The translations under genes and the position numbers were made by a program. Source: an uncultured Chitinophagaceae bacterium (lineage in GTDB: Bacteria > Bacteroidota > Ignavibacteria > UBA10030 > UBA8401). From it: 59,822 nucleotides of DNA. Shown here one piece after another: positions 39,461-48,219 of the stretch; within the stretch, counting starts at the first letter, position 1; every line of letters starts with the position of its first letter. The notes beneath the pieces are model-generated. The model saw nothing but the letters and a program-made list of their open reading frames with translations. It ran no database searches and was not told the origin of the DNA. The DNA lies in the NCBI GenBank assembly GCA_964367235.1, contig CAYIXI010000005.1, forward strand, positions 507 through 60,328, in the 5' to 3' direction.

Positions 39461-39713
39461 AATCCCGTAGGGATTAAATATTGGTAGATATATTAAACAC
39501 AACAAATCAGAATCCCGTAGGGATTCAACAATTTATTTCTTGTTAGATTTATTGTTGAACTCCTAAAGGAGTTCGATTATTCTTTTCAATTTTTTTCTAC
39601 CAATATCAGACTCCTATGGAGTCTTTTTATAAAATGATTTTTTTCAGTAGCACCGTAGGTGCGTGCTGATTGTAGATTGATTACAGGGAAAATATTCAAA
39701 CTCCTTTAGGAGT
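39461..39713. repeat. Cluster of six short palindromes forming a nested REP-doublet (REPIN-like) structure
   Basis: AATCCCGTAGGGATT x2, GAACTCCTAAAGGAGTTC, AGACTCCTATGGAGTCT, GCACCGTAGGTGC, ACTCCTTTAGGAGT; tails ATATTGGTAGA/TCTACCAATAT and TTCAACAAT/ATTGTTGAA are inverted pairs. Confidence 0.75.
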
Positions 39714-39725
39714 GTTCTGTAAAAT

Positions 39726-39781
39726 AAAAAAAATCCCATCTCAATTTCTTGAAACGGGCTTGCCCGCCGTAGGAGGGATTT
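39726..39781 (-). terminator. Terminator-like hairpin after the DEAD-box gene, interrupted by a 19-bp insertion
   Basis: A-run, AAATCCC-ATCTCAA-tttc-TTGAAAC-GGG[CTTGCCCGCCGTAGGAGGG]ATTT. Confidence 0.55.
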
Positions 39782-39789
39782 GTGATTTT

Positions 39790-39816
39790 GTCATGCTTCG
39801 ACAGGTTCAGCATGAC
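39790..39816. repeat. REP-like palindrome GTCATGCTTCGACAGGTTCAGCATGAC
   Basis: GTCATGCT/AGCATGAC stem; family shared with 35094 and 55159. Confidence 0.75.
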
Positions 39817-39867
39817 ACTTCCACTTAATGACGCGTTGGGATTGTTTATTGTTAACTGTTAATTGTA

Positions 39868-41790
39868 CTAACTATCTCTTCGGCTTCTAAAACCTTTACT
39901 TGGTGGTCGGCTTGTTTTGCTTTTCGTTTTATTTGGAAATTGCCATCTTGGTTTTTCGCCAGTCGCAAATGGTTTTGAATCTCTTTCGGGTTTTCTATCG
40001 CCAGAAAAAGATTTTCTCCTATCTGTTCTCGGAAAACTATCATTACTTTTCTCAGATGATTTAAATTGTCTATCTGAAAATTTTCTTTCGCCAAATGGTT
40101 TTCTTTCTCTATCTGAATCTATTGGTTTTCGTCTTTCATCTCTTCCAAATCTACTTGGCGGTCTATCGCCTGAAAAAGATTTTCTCCTATCTGATCTCGG
40201 AAAATTATCATTGCTTCTTTCAGATGATTTAAACGGTTTATCTGAAAATTTTCTTTCGCCAAATGGTTTTCTTTCTCTATCTGAACCTATTGGTTTGCGT
40301 CTTTCATCTCTACCAAATCTACTTGGTGGTCTATCGCCAGAAAAAGTTTTTCTGCGGTCAGATCTCGGAAAATTATCATTTGGTTTTTCAAAATTATTAA
40401 ATGATTTCTCTGAAATATTTTTATCCTCGAATGGTTTTTTCTGATTATCAAATTCTACAATTGGTGTGCGTCTTTCATCTCTACCAAATCTTTCCCGTTT
40501 TCTATCGCCAGAAAAAGATTTTCTATCTCTATCTCCAAATCTTTTTCCTCCATCTCTTCCTCGTCCTCTATCTCGACCTCTATCTCCTCCTCTACTATTT
40601 CCACCTCTACCAAAACCGCGGTCATCGCTGATATGTTCTAATTTAGGAAGCGTACTTCTTTCTGGCAATTCTGGCAGTGGAGAAACATTTATTCGAGTTC
40701 GAATTAATTTTTCAATAATTCTAATATCATGTTTCTGTTCGGGTGTTGCAAACGAAATTGCTTTTCCAGTTTTACCTGCACGGCCAGTTCGACCAATTCG
40801 GTGAACATAATCTTCAGTTTGCTCTGGCAAATCGTAATTAATTACAAGTTCAATATTCGATACATCGATTCCGCGTGAAGCAATATCAGTAGCAACAAGA
40901 ATTCTAATTTTACCAGATTTGAATCCACCAAGCGCGGCTCTTCGTTGTCCTAAAGATTTATCCGAATGAATATCCGAAGCTGAGTGATCCATTTTATTAA
41001 TTGCATCGGAAATTTTTTTCGCACCTCGTTTTGTTCGTGTGAAAATTAAAATCATTCCTTTGTACTCATCGAGCAATTTTGCAAGCAACCGAAGTTTATC
41101 TTCTTTATGAATTATAAAAATTTCTTGTTCAACACTTTCATTTGCAGTTCCGGCTGGTGCAACTTCGATGTGCAAAGGTTTCTTCATATATTTTTCTGCG
41201 ATTTGCGAAATCTTTGATGGCATCGTTGCGCAGAATAACATCGTTTGTCTTTCCTTTGGAACTTTATCAAGTATTATTTTTATTTGTTGCTCGAATCCCA
41301 TATCCAACATTCTATCTGCTTCATCTAAAACTAAAACTTTTACATTTGCGAGTGATAAATTTCTTTGTTCAAGATGATCTATTAATCTTCCGGGAGTTGC
41401 TACAATTATATTTGGTTTTGATCGAAGTGATTTTAATTGCGGAAACATCGGCGCGCCACCAATTAAAACTGCTGTACGCATTCCGTAGACTGAACCAATT
41501 TTGTGAATTGTTTCTTCAACTTGAATTGCAAGTTCCCGAGTTGGTAAAAGTACAAGCCCCATATCTTTTTTATCCGATAATTTTTGAATCATCGGAATTG
41601 AAAATGCGAGAGTTTTGCCAGTGCCTGTTTGCGCTATTCCAATTAAATCTTCTCCGTTTGTACCAACTGGGATTGATTTAAACTGAATTGGTGTCGGATG
41701 AACAAATTGTAAATGTTTTAATCGGCTTAAGATTTCTGTTGAAATGCCAAGTCCATCAAATGTGGATTGATTGCTATAATTTTCTGTCAT
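39868..41790 (-). CDS. DEAD-box RNA helicase with long repetitive basic C-terminal tail
   Basis: Q motif PTPIQ, AQTGTGKT, PTRELA, TPGR, DEAD, HRIGRTGR; motif III reads CAT. Confidence 0.95.
   Translation of the reverse strand: MTENYSNQSTFDGLGISTEILSRLKHLQFVHPTPIQFKSIPVGTNGEDLIGIAQTGTGKTLAFSIPMIQKLSDKKDMGLVLLPTRELAIQVEETIHKIGSVYGMRTAVLIGGAPMFPQLKSLRSKPNIIVATPGRLIDHLEQRNLSLANVKVLVLDEADRMLDMGFEQQIKIILDKVPKERQTMLFCATMPSKISQIAEKYMKKPLHIEVAPAGTANESVEQEIFIIHKEDKLRLLAKLLDEYKGMILIFTRTKRGAKKISDAINKMDHSASDIHSDKSLGQRRAALGGFKSGKIRILVATDIASRGIDVSNIELVINYDLPEQTEDYVHRIGRTGRAGKTGKAISFATPEQKHDIRIIEKLIRTRINVSPLPELPERSTLPKLEHISDDRGFGRGGNSRGGDRGRDRGRGRDGGKRFGDRDRKSFSGDRKRERFGRDERRTPIVEFDNQKKPFEDKNISEKSFNNFEKPNDNFPRSDRRKTFSGDRPPSRFGRDERRKPIGSDRERKPFGERKFSDKPFKSSERSNDNFPRSDRRKSFSGDRPPSRFGRDERRKPIDSDRERKPFGERKFSDRQFKSSEKSNDSFPRTDRRKSFSGDRKPERDSKPFATGEKPRWQFPNKTKSKTSRPPSKGFRSRRDS
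39965..40520 (-). repeat. 168-bp (56-aa) intragenic tandem repeat, about 3 copies
   Basis: CTATCGCCWGAAAAAG at 39995, 40163, 40331 and 40502 (spacing 168, 168, 171). Confidence 0.9.
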
Positions 41791-41968
41791 AATTTTTTTG
41801 GGACCTTCCTAAGAAATGCAAGAGTTGCGGTTTGACATTTTGAAAGGCGATTGATTTGTTATGTAAATATAGGCATTAAAATCTATTTAAACAATTTATT
41901 TGGAAACTAATTAAATAAACTGAAATTTTAAAATGTAATTATTTTATGACATTCGTTCGGGGAGTAAT

Positions 41969-42334
41969 CTAATATTTTTTATAAACAGCAAATCCTTTTT
42001 CTACCATCAAATCATTTACATTTACAAATTCATTTCCATCTTTAATCCAAACCTCGGCTAAATATCTTCCATATTTTTCTCTTCTATCTTTAATTGTTTC
42101 AATTACGATTTCCTTTCCATCAACAATTTTTTTTAGAAAGTCGCGAGATTTAATTCCTTTGGATTTAGATTTTCCTCTTAACTCTGGGGCATTAATTCTC
42201 AGAAGGCGAAGTTTCTCTCCTTTTATAAAAACCGACAAACCCAAATCGATATCAACAGTAATTGTGTCGCCATCGTACACACTAACAACTTTTGCGTTAT
42301 AGTGATAAATAAATTGGTTGATTGATTTTTTCAT
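41969..42334 (-). CDS. Thermonuclease (SNase) family protein, no signal peptide
   Basis: VYDGDTI, RLLRINAPE, EKYGRYLA, VNDLMVEKGFA; ATG at 42334 preferred. Confidence 0.88.
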   Translation of the reverse strand: MKKSINQFIYHYNAKVVSVYDGDTITVDIDLGLSVFIKGEKLRLLRINAPELRGKSKSKGIKSRDFLKKIVDGKEIVIETIKDRREKYGRYLAEVWIKDGNEFVNVNDLMVEKGFAVYKKY

Positions 42335-42345
42335 AGTTAATATTG

Positions 42346-42440
42346 TTGGGCTAAAGCCCAATATGTATTTTTATTTTTTAACCTCCGACTTAAGTCGGAG
42401 GTTATTAGATTATTTTTAGCAATGCGGCTTTAGCCACATT
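42346..42440. repeat. REP-like cluster (GGCTAAAGCC family)
   Basis: TTGGGCTAAAGCCCAA, TAACCTCCGACTTAAGTCGGAGGTTA, AATGCGGCTTTAGCCACATT. Confidence 0.75.
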
Positions 42441-42449
42441 ATTTCAAAT

Positions 42450-44222
42450 TCAAATTGCTTTTCTCCATTTTTTAAAAGCATCAAATAAAATTATAATAGC
42501 GCAAATCATAATTACAATTGTCAAAGAAGAATTTAAATATCCTTGAAAAGCTTTTTCCGAGTTTTGAGTTAACGGAAGAAAATTATCAATAATATTTAAA
42601 TAGCCCGCAACTAAAGTTGTAACAGAAACAAATGCAAGTGGCACGGCAGTAACCCAAACATATTTTATTTTTCCGCGATTAATAATTGCAGTTGTAGCAA
42701 CGCAAAGCGCAACTGCGGCAAGCAATTGATTTGCCACTCCGAACATTGGCCAAATTGTTGAAATGCTTCCAGTCCAAATAAAATAAGCCCAAGCAAAAAC
42801 AATTAGCGCGGAAGAAATTAAAGTGCCGGGAAGCCAATCGGTTTTTTCAAATGGTTTGTAAAATTTTCCGAAAAATTCTTGCAATAAAAATCTCGCAACT
42901 CGTGTGCCGGTATCGATTGTGGTTAAAATAAAAAGCGCCTCAAACATAATTGCAAAATGATACCAATAATCAAGGAGATTTTTAAAGCCTGGAATGCCGT
43001 TAAAAATTTGAGCGAAGCCAACTGCAAGCGAAACTGCGCCGCCAGTTCTTCCAGCCAATTCCTCGCCAACTTCTTTTGAAAGTTGGTCGAGCATTACAGT
43101 ATCCATTCCGAGTTTTGCAAATTTTTCTGGCGAAACATTTATTGCAAAATAATCTGCAGGAAAAAGTGAACTCGCTGCAATCAAAGCAATTATTCCAACC
43201 AAGCCTTCCATCAACATTGCGCCGTAACCAATCATTCGCGCATCAGATTCTTTGTTAATCATTTTAGGAGTTGTGCCACTTGCCACGAGAGAATGAAAAC
43301 CGGAAATCGCACCGCATGCAATTGTTATAAAAACAAATGGATAAATTTTTCCGGGAATAATTGGACCGCCACCATAAATATATTTTGTAACCATTTCCAT
43401 TTTCAAATCTGGCATCACAATAAAAACACCGAGAACAAGTAAACTGATTGTTCCAATCTTCATATATGAACTTAAATAATCTCTCGGACAAAGTAGCAAC
43501 CAAACTGGAAGCACGGAAGCAATGAAACCATAAATTGCCATCAAAATAATTATTCCATTTTTTGAAAAAGAAAAATAATGCGCGTAACTTGATTCGGCAA
43601 TCAATCCACCAAAATAAACTGAAAGCAAAACTCCAACAACACCAATAATACTTGCTTCGGTAATTTTTCCTTTTCTAATTTTATACATGTACAAGCCGAC
43701 AAAAAGTGCAAGTGGAATTGTCATGCCGATTGTAAAAGTTCCCCACGCACTTTCGTAAAGTGAATTTGCAACTGCAAGTCCCAAACCAGCAAGCGCAATA
43801 ATTACAATTAGTAAAATTGCAATCGAACCAACTGCGCCCGAGAGTGGACTAATTTCGCGACGAGCAATTTCGGCGAGAGATTTTCCATCATGCCGAATGG
43901 ATAAACCGAGAGAAATAAAATCGTGAACTGCGCCACCAAGCACGACGCCAATTAGGAGCCATAAAAAACCGGGAAGAAAACCAAACTGCGCCGCAAGCAC
44001 CGGACCAATAAGCGGACCTGCACCAGAAATTGCCGCAAAGTGATGACCAAATAAAACCCATTTATTTGTCGGATGATAATTTGTTCCATCATTTAAACGA
44101 TGCGCCGGAGTTATAATAGAGTCGTCGAGCGCCAAAATTTTTGCAGCAATAAATGCGCTGTAATATCGATACATTATTGCCATTACCAATAATGCGATTA
44201 TGAGAAATGGGAATGCGTTCAT
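42450..44222 (-). CDS. cstA: Carbon starvation protein A family transporter
   Basis: [42 protein letters not shown]. Confidence 0.95.
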   Translation of the reverse strand: MNAFPFLIIALLVMAIMYRYYSAFIAAKILALDDSIITPAHRLNDGTNYHPTNKWVLFGHHFAAISGAGPLIGPVLAAQFGFLPGFLWLLIGVVLGGAVHDFISLGLSIRHDGKSLAEIARREISPLSGAVGSIAILLIVIIALAGLGLAVANSLYESAWGTFTIGMTIPLALFVGLYMYKIRKGKITEASIIGVVGVLLSVYFGGLIAESSYAHYFSFSKNGIIILMAIYGFIASVLPVWLLLCPRDYLSSYMKIGTISLLVLGVFIVMPDLKMEMVTKYIYGGGPIIPGKIYPFVFITIACGAISGFHSLVASGTTPKMINKESDARMIGYGAMLMEGLVGIIALIAASSLFPADYFAINVSPEKFAKLGMDTVMLDQLSKEVGEELAGRTGGAVSLAVGFAQIFNGIPGFKNLLDYWYHFAIMFEALFILTTIDTGTRVARFLLQEFFGKFYKPFEKTDWLPGTLISSALIVFAWAYFIWTGSISTIWPMFGVANQLLAAVALCVATTAIINRGKIKYVWVTAVPLAFVSVTTLVAGYLNIIDNFLPLTQNSEKAFQGYLNSSLTIVIMICAIIILFDAFKKWRKAI

Positions 44223-44224
44223 AT

Positions 44225-44575
44225 TTAAAATGCGTTTTTAAAGTGTGTGATTATTGGTTTCGGTTTGACATCTACAATTGTAATTGCATCAAAACGGCAA
44301 GGAGTGTTTGAAATATTTTTTTCGATGACAAAGCCTTCAGCAGTTCGGCGAATGAGCGCTTGTTTTTTTGGTGTGATTGCTTCAACGGGATCGCCGAAGT
44401 CATAATTTTTTCTGTATTTGACTTCGACAAAAACTAATTCATCTTTTTCTTTATAGATCAAATCAATTTCTCCGTGGCGATAAAAATAATTTTTTTCTAC
44501 AAAAACATAACCGAGTTCTTCAAGAAAATCTTTGGCGAGGGATTCGCCTCGTTTTCCTAAAAGTGTTGTTTGCAT
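44225..44575 (-). CDS. YraN family PD-(D/E)XK endonuclease-like protein
   Basis: [25 protein letters not shown]. Confidence 0.93.
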   Translation of the reverse strand: MQTTLLGKRGESLAKDFLEELGYVFVEKNYFYRHGEIDLIYKEKDELVFVEVKYRKNYDFGDPVEAITPKKQALIRRTAEGFVIEKNISNTPCRFDAITIVDVKPKPIITHFKNAF

Positions 44576-44578
44576 TTT

Positions 44579-45256
44579 TTACCAAACACCCAACAATTTT
44601 AAAACTGCAATAATAATTACAAAGATAGAAATTATTTGAACAACTGAAAGTTTTTTCTTTATTGAAGAATTATTTGGAATTGCGTCTCGATGTGTGTTTC
44701 TATTTTCCTCTTTATTTAATTTTAGAAGTGAAGATTGTAAATTATTTATTATTGCCGTTGGATTAACACTGAACAATTCTCTTTTTTGATTTTGAATTTC
44801 AAACTCGCCAACTGAAATTATTTCTAAATTTAAACGATGATGAATTTTAGATTTAATTTCTGCGGTAAAATATATTTTATTTTGCGGAGTGATGGATAAA
44901 ATTTCTTTTACCTGATTTATAATTGTACCAGTTAAATTATTGCCTTCAATAATTGTTTCACCAAAACCTGAAGCAGAGCAAAATGAAATTTGAGAATCAT
45001 CCTTTCGATTTTGATTTAATTTTAAAATTCTCAAATACAAATCGATTGAACAATTTATTGCATCGGGAGATTCATCAAAATAAATTGAGAATTCATTTTT
45101 AGATAAATAAAAAGTTTTGCCATCGTGCTCTTTTATCCGCGTATTAAAAATGCCAATTAAATAATCAGTTTCAATCTCGGAATAATCGCTTGGTAAATCA
45201 AGCTTAATTGAAAGAATTGAAACAAAATGATGTTCGATAGAGTTTAAATTTGTCAC
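44579..45256 (-). CDS. Degenerate class III adenylate/guanylate cyclase-like protein with C-terminal TM helix
   Basis: IKEHDGK...SIYF..SPDAINCSIDL...GFGETIIEGNNLTGTIINQV...IYFT follows the cyclase fold pattern but lacks catalytic residues; GTG start. Confidence 0.55.
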   Translation of the reverse strand: MTNLNSIEHHFVSILSIKLDLPSDYSEIETDYLIGIFNTRIKEHDGKTFYLSKNEFSIYFDESPDAINCSIDLYLRILKLNQNRKDDSQISFCSASGFGETIIEGNNLTGTIINQVKEILSITPQNKIYFTAEIKSKIHHRLNLEIISVGEFEIQNQKRELFSVNPTAIINNLQSSLLKLNKEENRNTHRDAIPNNSSIKKKLSVVQIISIFVIIIAVLKLLGVW

Positions 45257-45258
45257 GA

Positions 45259-45879
45259 TTATTGTTCGTTAAAATTATAATCTGGAATATGAAATGAACG
45301 CCGATGAATTTTTGTTAATCCATGTTTGTGAATTGCTTCAACATGTTTGCGAGTTCCGTAACCTTTATGTTTTGCAAATCCGTAATTAGGAAATTCAATA
45401 TCGTACTCGTTCATCAAAGCATCGCGAGTAACTTTTGCAATAATAGATGCGGCGGCAATGGATTGCACATTTAAATCTCCTTGAACAATATTTTGAACAG
45501 AAATTGATTGATGAGAATAAAAATTTCCATCAATTAAAAGTTGTTGCGGTTTTACTTTTAATCTTTCAACAGCAATTGTCATTGCAATTTTTGTCGCTTC
45601 TAAAATATTTACTTCATCTATTTTTATGTGATCGACCAAGCCAATTCCGATTGAAATAGCAACTTCATGAATTTCGAGATACAACTCATCTCTTTTTTTT
45701 GCAGATAGTTTTTTTGAATCTCTGATATTTTTAATTTCAATATTTTTTGGTAAAATAACTGCTGCCGCAACTACTGGACCGGCAAGCGGACCACGACCTG
45801 CTTCATCAATGCCAGCGATGAATTCAATTCCTTTGTTCCAATATCTTTTTTCGAAATTTAAACTTGGTATAATTTTCAT
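45259..45879 (-). CDS. rnhB: Ribonuclease HII
   Basis: GIDEAGRGPLAGPV, DSKKL, IDG, AASIIAKV, HKGYGT, HRRSF; ATGA overlap at 45876-45879. Confidence 0.97.
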   Translation of the reverse strand: MKIIPSLNFEKRYWNKGIEFIAGIDEAGRGPLAGPVVAAAVILPKNIEIKNIRDSKKLSAKKRDELYLEIHEVAISIGIGLVDHIKIDEVNILEATKIAMTIAVERLKVKPQQLLIDGNFYSHQSISVQNIVQGDLNVQSIAAASIIAKVTRDALMNEYDIEFPNYGFAKHKGYGTRKHVEAIHKHGLTKIHRRSFHIPDYNFNEQ

Positions 45880-46706
45880 CTTAACCAAAGAGCGATGAGC
45901 CCTCCAAAAAGTGAATATTTTAAAAACGCGCTTGCTCGGGAAATAATTTTTAAATCGGAATTATTATTTAAAATAATAATTGAATAAAGCGCGGCAGAAT
46001 TGATTGTTAAATTCACAATAATAAAATATTTATAATTGAACCAACCATAAATGAATGGTAGAATATCTAAAATTATTAAAAATATTAAAAGTATTTTAAC
46101 AAGAATTATACTTTTATTTTTTCCCAACTTAATTGCAACGGTATTTGCATTTTGCGATTTATCTCCCTCGACATCTTCAATTGTTTTTAAAACTTCCCTC
46201 GAAAACATAATTAAAAATGCAAACGAAAATGGAATAATTAATATAGTGTTAAAACCAAATAGACTTGCGCCGTAAATAAAAGTTAAACCGGTCATTGTCG
46301 CCACAATAATATTACCAATTAAATATTTTTTTTTAAAATTGCTGTTGTAAAAATAGATTGTAATTGCGGCACTAAAACCAATTATTTGAGTTTGATTTGG
46401 CAAAAGTGAATTTAAAAACAATCCGATAATATTTAAAATTACAAAATAAATAATTGCACCTTTTAAACTAATTTCCCCGCTTGGTAAAACTCTATCGGGA
46501 CGATTTATTTTATCAATTTCAAAATCGAAATAATCATTTAAAACCATTCCCGCAGAACTGAAACAAACCGCCGCAAGCGATGCGAAAATAATTTTATCTG
46601 CAAAATTATTATAATCGCCCATTGATATTGCACCCAGCATTACAGATAAAAATACTATTGCAGCATTTACTGGACGAATAATTTTAAAATAACTTTTAAA
46701 ATTCAT
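45876..46706 (-). CDS. UbiA-family geranylgeranylglycerol-phosphate geranylgeranyltransferase (DGGGP synthase-like)
   Basis: IIRPVN, NDYFDFEIDKINRPDRVLPSG, LIGNIIVA, REVLKTIEDVEGD. Confidence 0.8.
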   Translation of the reverse strand: MNFKSYFKIIRPVNAAIVFLSVMLGAISMGDYNNFADKIIFASLAAVCFSSAGMVLNDYFDFEIDKINRPDRVLPSGEISLKGAIIYFVILNIIGLFLNSLLPNQTQIIGFSAAITIYFYNSNFKKKYLIGNIIVATMTGLTFIYGASLFGFNTILIIPFSFAFLIMFSREVLKTIEDVEGDKSQNANTVAIKLGKNKSIILVKILLIFLIILDILPFIYGWFNYKYFIIVNLTINSAALYSIIILNNNSDLKIISRASAFLKYSLFGGLIALWLR

Positions 46707-48213
46707 TTGAAATATTTAAGTGAAGTTTAGCATCGGAAATAACTTCTCGTTTTGCAAGTGCAAAAGCGATGTTGATTTTACCAACAGCAGTTGGCAACGC
46801 AATTCCAAATCCATACCCAAAAAGATTTTCATTTTTTTGTACACTTGGGTTTACGATGTCTCCATTTTTAGAATAATAACCAAAATCTGTGAAAAGGTAA
46901 ATAGAGCTCTCCCGTTCAATTCTTAAATGAAATTCATTTTGAAGCGATGCAACGGTTGAACCATAAAATTGATTTTCGCGATAACCACGCATATTTTTTG
47001 CTCCGCCAAAATAATAATAATCGCTAAACTCATATTGACTTGATGAAATATTTTTTAAAATAAATTTTTCGTGAAAATAATAATTACTATAAATATTATT
47101 TTCGTAACGAAATTCAATTTCACTTTCTCGTTGAGTAAAATCTTTTAAGTGAGATATATTTAAATATTTATTTGGTCCCAAAATATTTTTTCTTTTTTCG
47201 GAGATTGAAGTTGAAAAGTATATTTTATTATTTATCCAATCATCGTAAATAATTTTTGCAACTCCACCAACGCTTCGAGAGTGGAACGAAGTAAAATACT
47301 TTTCGTCATTCAAAGGGAAAACCTCATCGCTTGATAATTTAAATTGAAAATCAAAATATGAGAATTGGAATGTTTGCATAAATATTTCAAATTTAATTCT
47401 TGCAAAAGTTGAATCCTGCTTCCTTTGTAATAATTGCACTCCCAAATCAATAGGATAATTAAAAATCCACGGTTCCTTGTAAAGAAAATTTACTTCCTGC
47501 GTAAATTCGTTTTCCCTCTCCCATTTTATTTCTAAAACTCGCGCAGTTCCAATCAAATTTTTTGTCGAAAAATAAAACATCCCGGCAAAATTTCCACCAC
47601 CAGTTTTATTCGGCGCATATCCAATAACTCCATCAATAGTTGAATATTTTCCCTCTCTGATGTCAAAATTTATTCCAACATTATTTTGTATTGAATCGGT
47701 AAAATTAGGGATGATAAATAATTCGCTTTGCTCATGATTTGAAATTAAATATTTTCTTTTAAGAATGACTGGAATTTTATCAATTTCATTTTGATTGTAG
47801 ATTTTATTTTTTAAATGTGATGATTCTCTTTCCAAAACATAATTTTTAGTTATTCTATTTCCACTAAATCGAATTTCTTTTACATAAGTTTTTAAATCCT
47901 CATCAACTAAATATTTTATCTCGACAGTTTTAGAAAGTGAATCAATTCTTAATTCGGTAAGTTTAATTTTTGCAAAGGGAAAACCATTTATGTCGTAGAA
48001 TTTTAAAATCTGTTCGATATCTTCATCAATTATATTTTGAGAATATTCTTTATTACTAAAACTTTCCAATTTTGATTTTAACATATTTTCATCAAAATAT
48101 TTCGAACCAATAATTTTTACAGATGTAATTTTTAATTGTGCAGAAATGTTTGAGGCGAGTAAAATAAAAACTATCCATCGAAAATATTTTGTTTTATTAT
48201 TTCGACAGCGCAT
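46696..48213 (-). CDS. BamA/TamA (Omp85) family protein with POTRA domains
   Basis: YDINGFPFA and GNRITK POTRA motifs, MRGYREN, GYGFG, terminal Phe. Confidence 0.85.
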   Translation of the reverse strand: MRCRNNKTKYFRWIVFILLASNISAQLKITSVKIIGSKYFDENMLKSKLESFSNKEYSQNIIDEDIEQILKFYDINGFPFAKIKLTELRIDSLSKTVEIKYLVDEDLKTYVKEIRFSGNRITKNYVLERESSHLKNKIYNQNEIDKIPVILKRKYLISNHEQSELFIIPNFTDSIQNNVGINFDIREGKYSTIDGVIGYAPNKTGGGNFAGMFYFSTKNLIGTARVLEIKWERENEFTQEVNFLYKEPWIFNYPIDLGVQLLQRKQDSTFARIKFEIFMQTFQFSYFDFQFKLSSDEVFPLNDEKYFTSFHSRSVGGVAKIIYDDWINNKIYFSTSISEKRKNILGPNKYLNISHLKDFTQRESEIEFRYENNIYSNYYFHEKFILKNISSSQYEFSDYYYFGGAKNMRGYRENQFYGSTVASLQNEFHLRIERESSIYLFTDFGYYSKNGDIVNPSVQKNENLFGYGFGIALPTAVGKINIAFALAKREVISDAKLHLNISNEF

Positions 48214-48219
48214 AATATT

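Noticed and set aside
39461-39713. Possible CRISPR array
   Set aside because: Repeats are 13-18 bp, non-identical, irregularly spaced and arranged as inverted doublets; no cas genes in the window
41791-41880. Riboswitch or thermosensor in the DEAD-box 5' leader
   Set aside because: Only a short GCAA-ctc-TTGC stem is visible; no recognisable aptamer, and a covariance search would be needed
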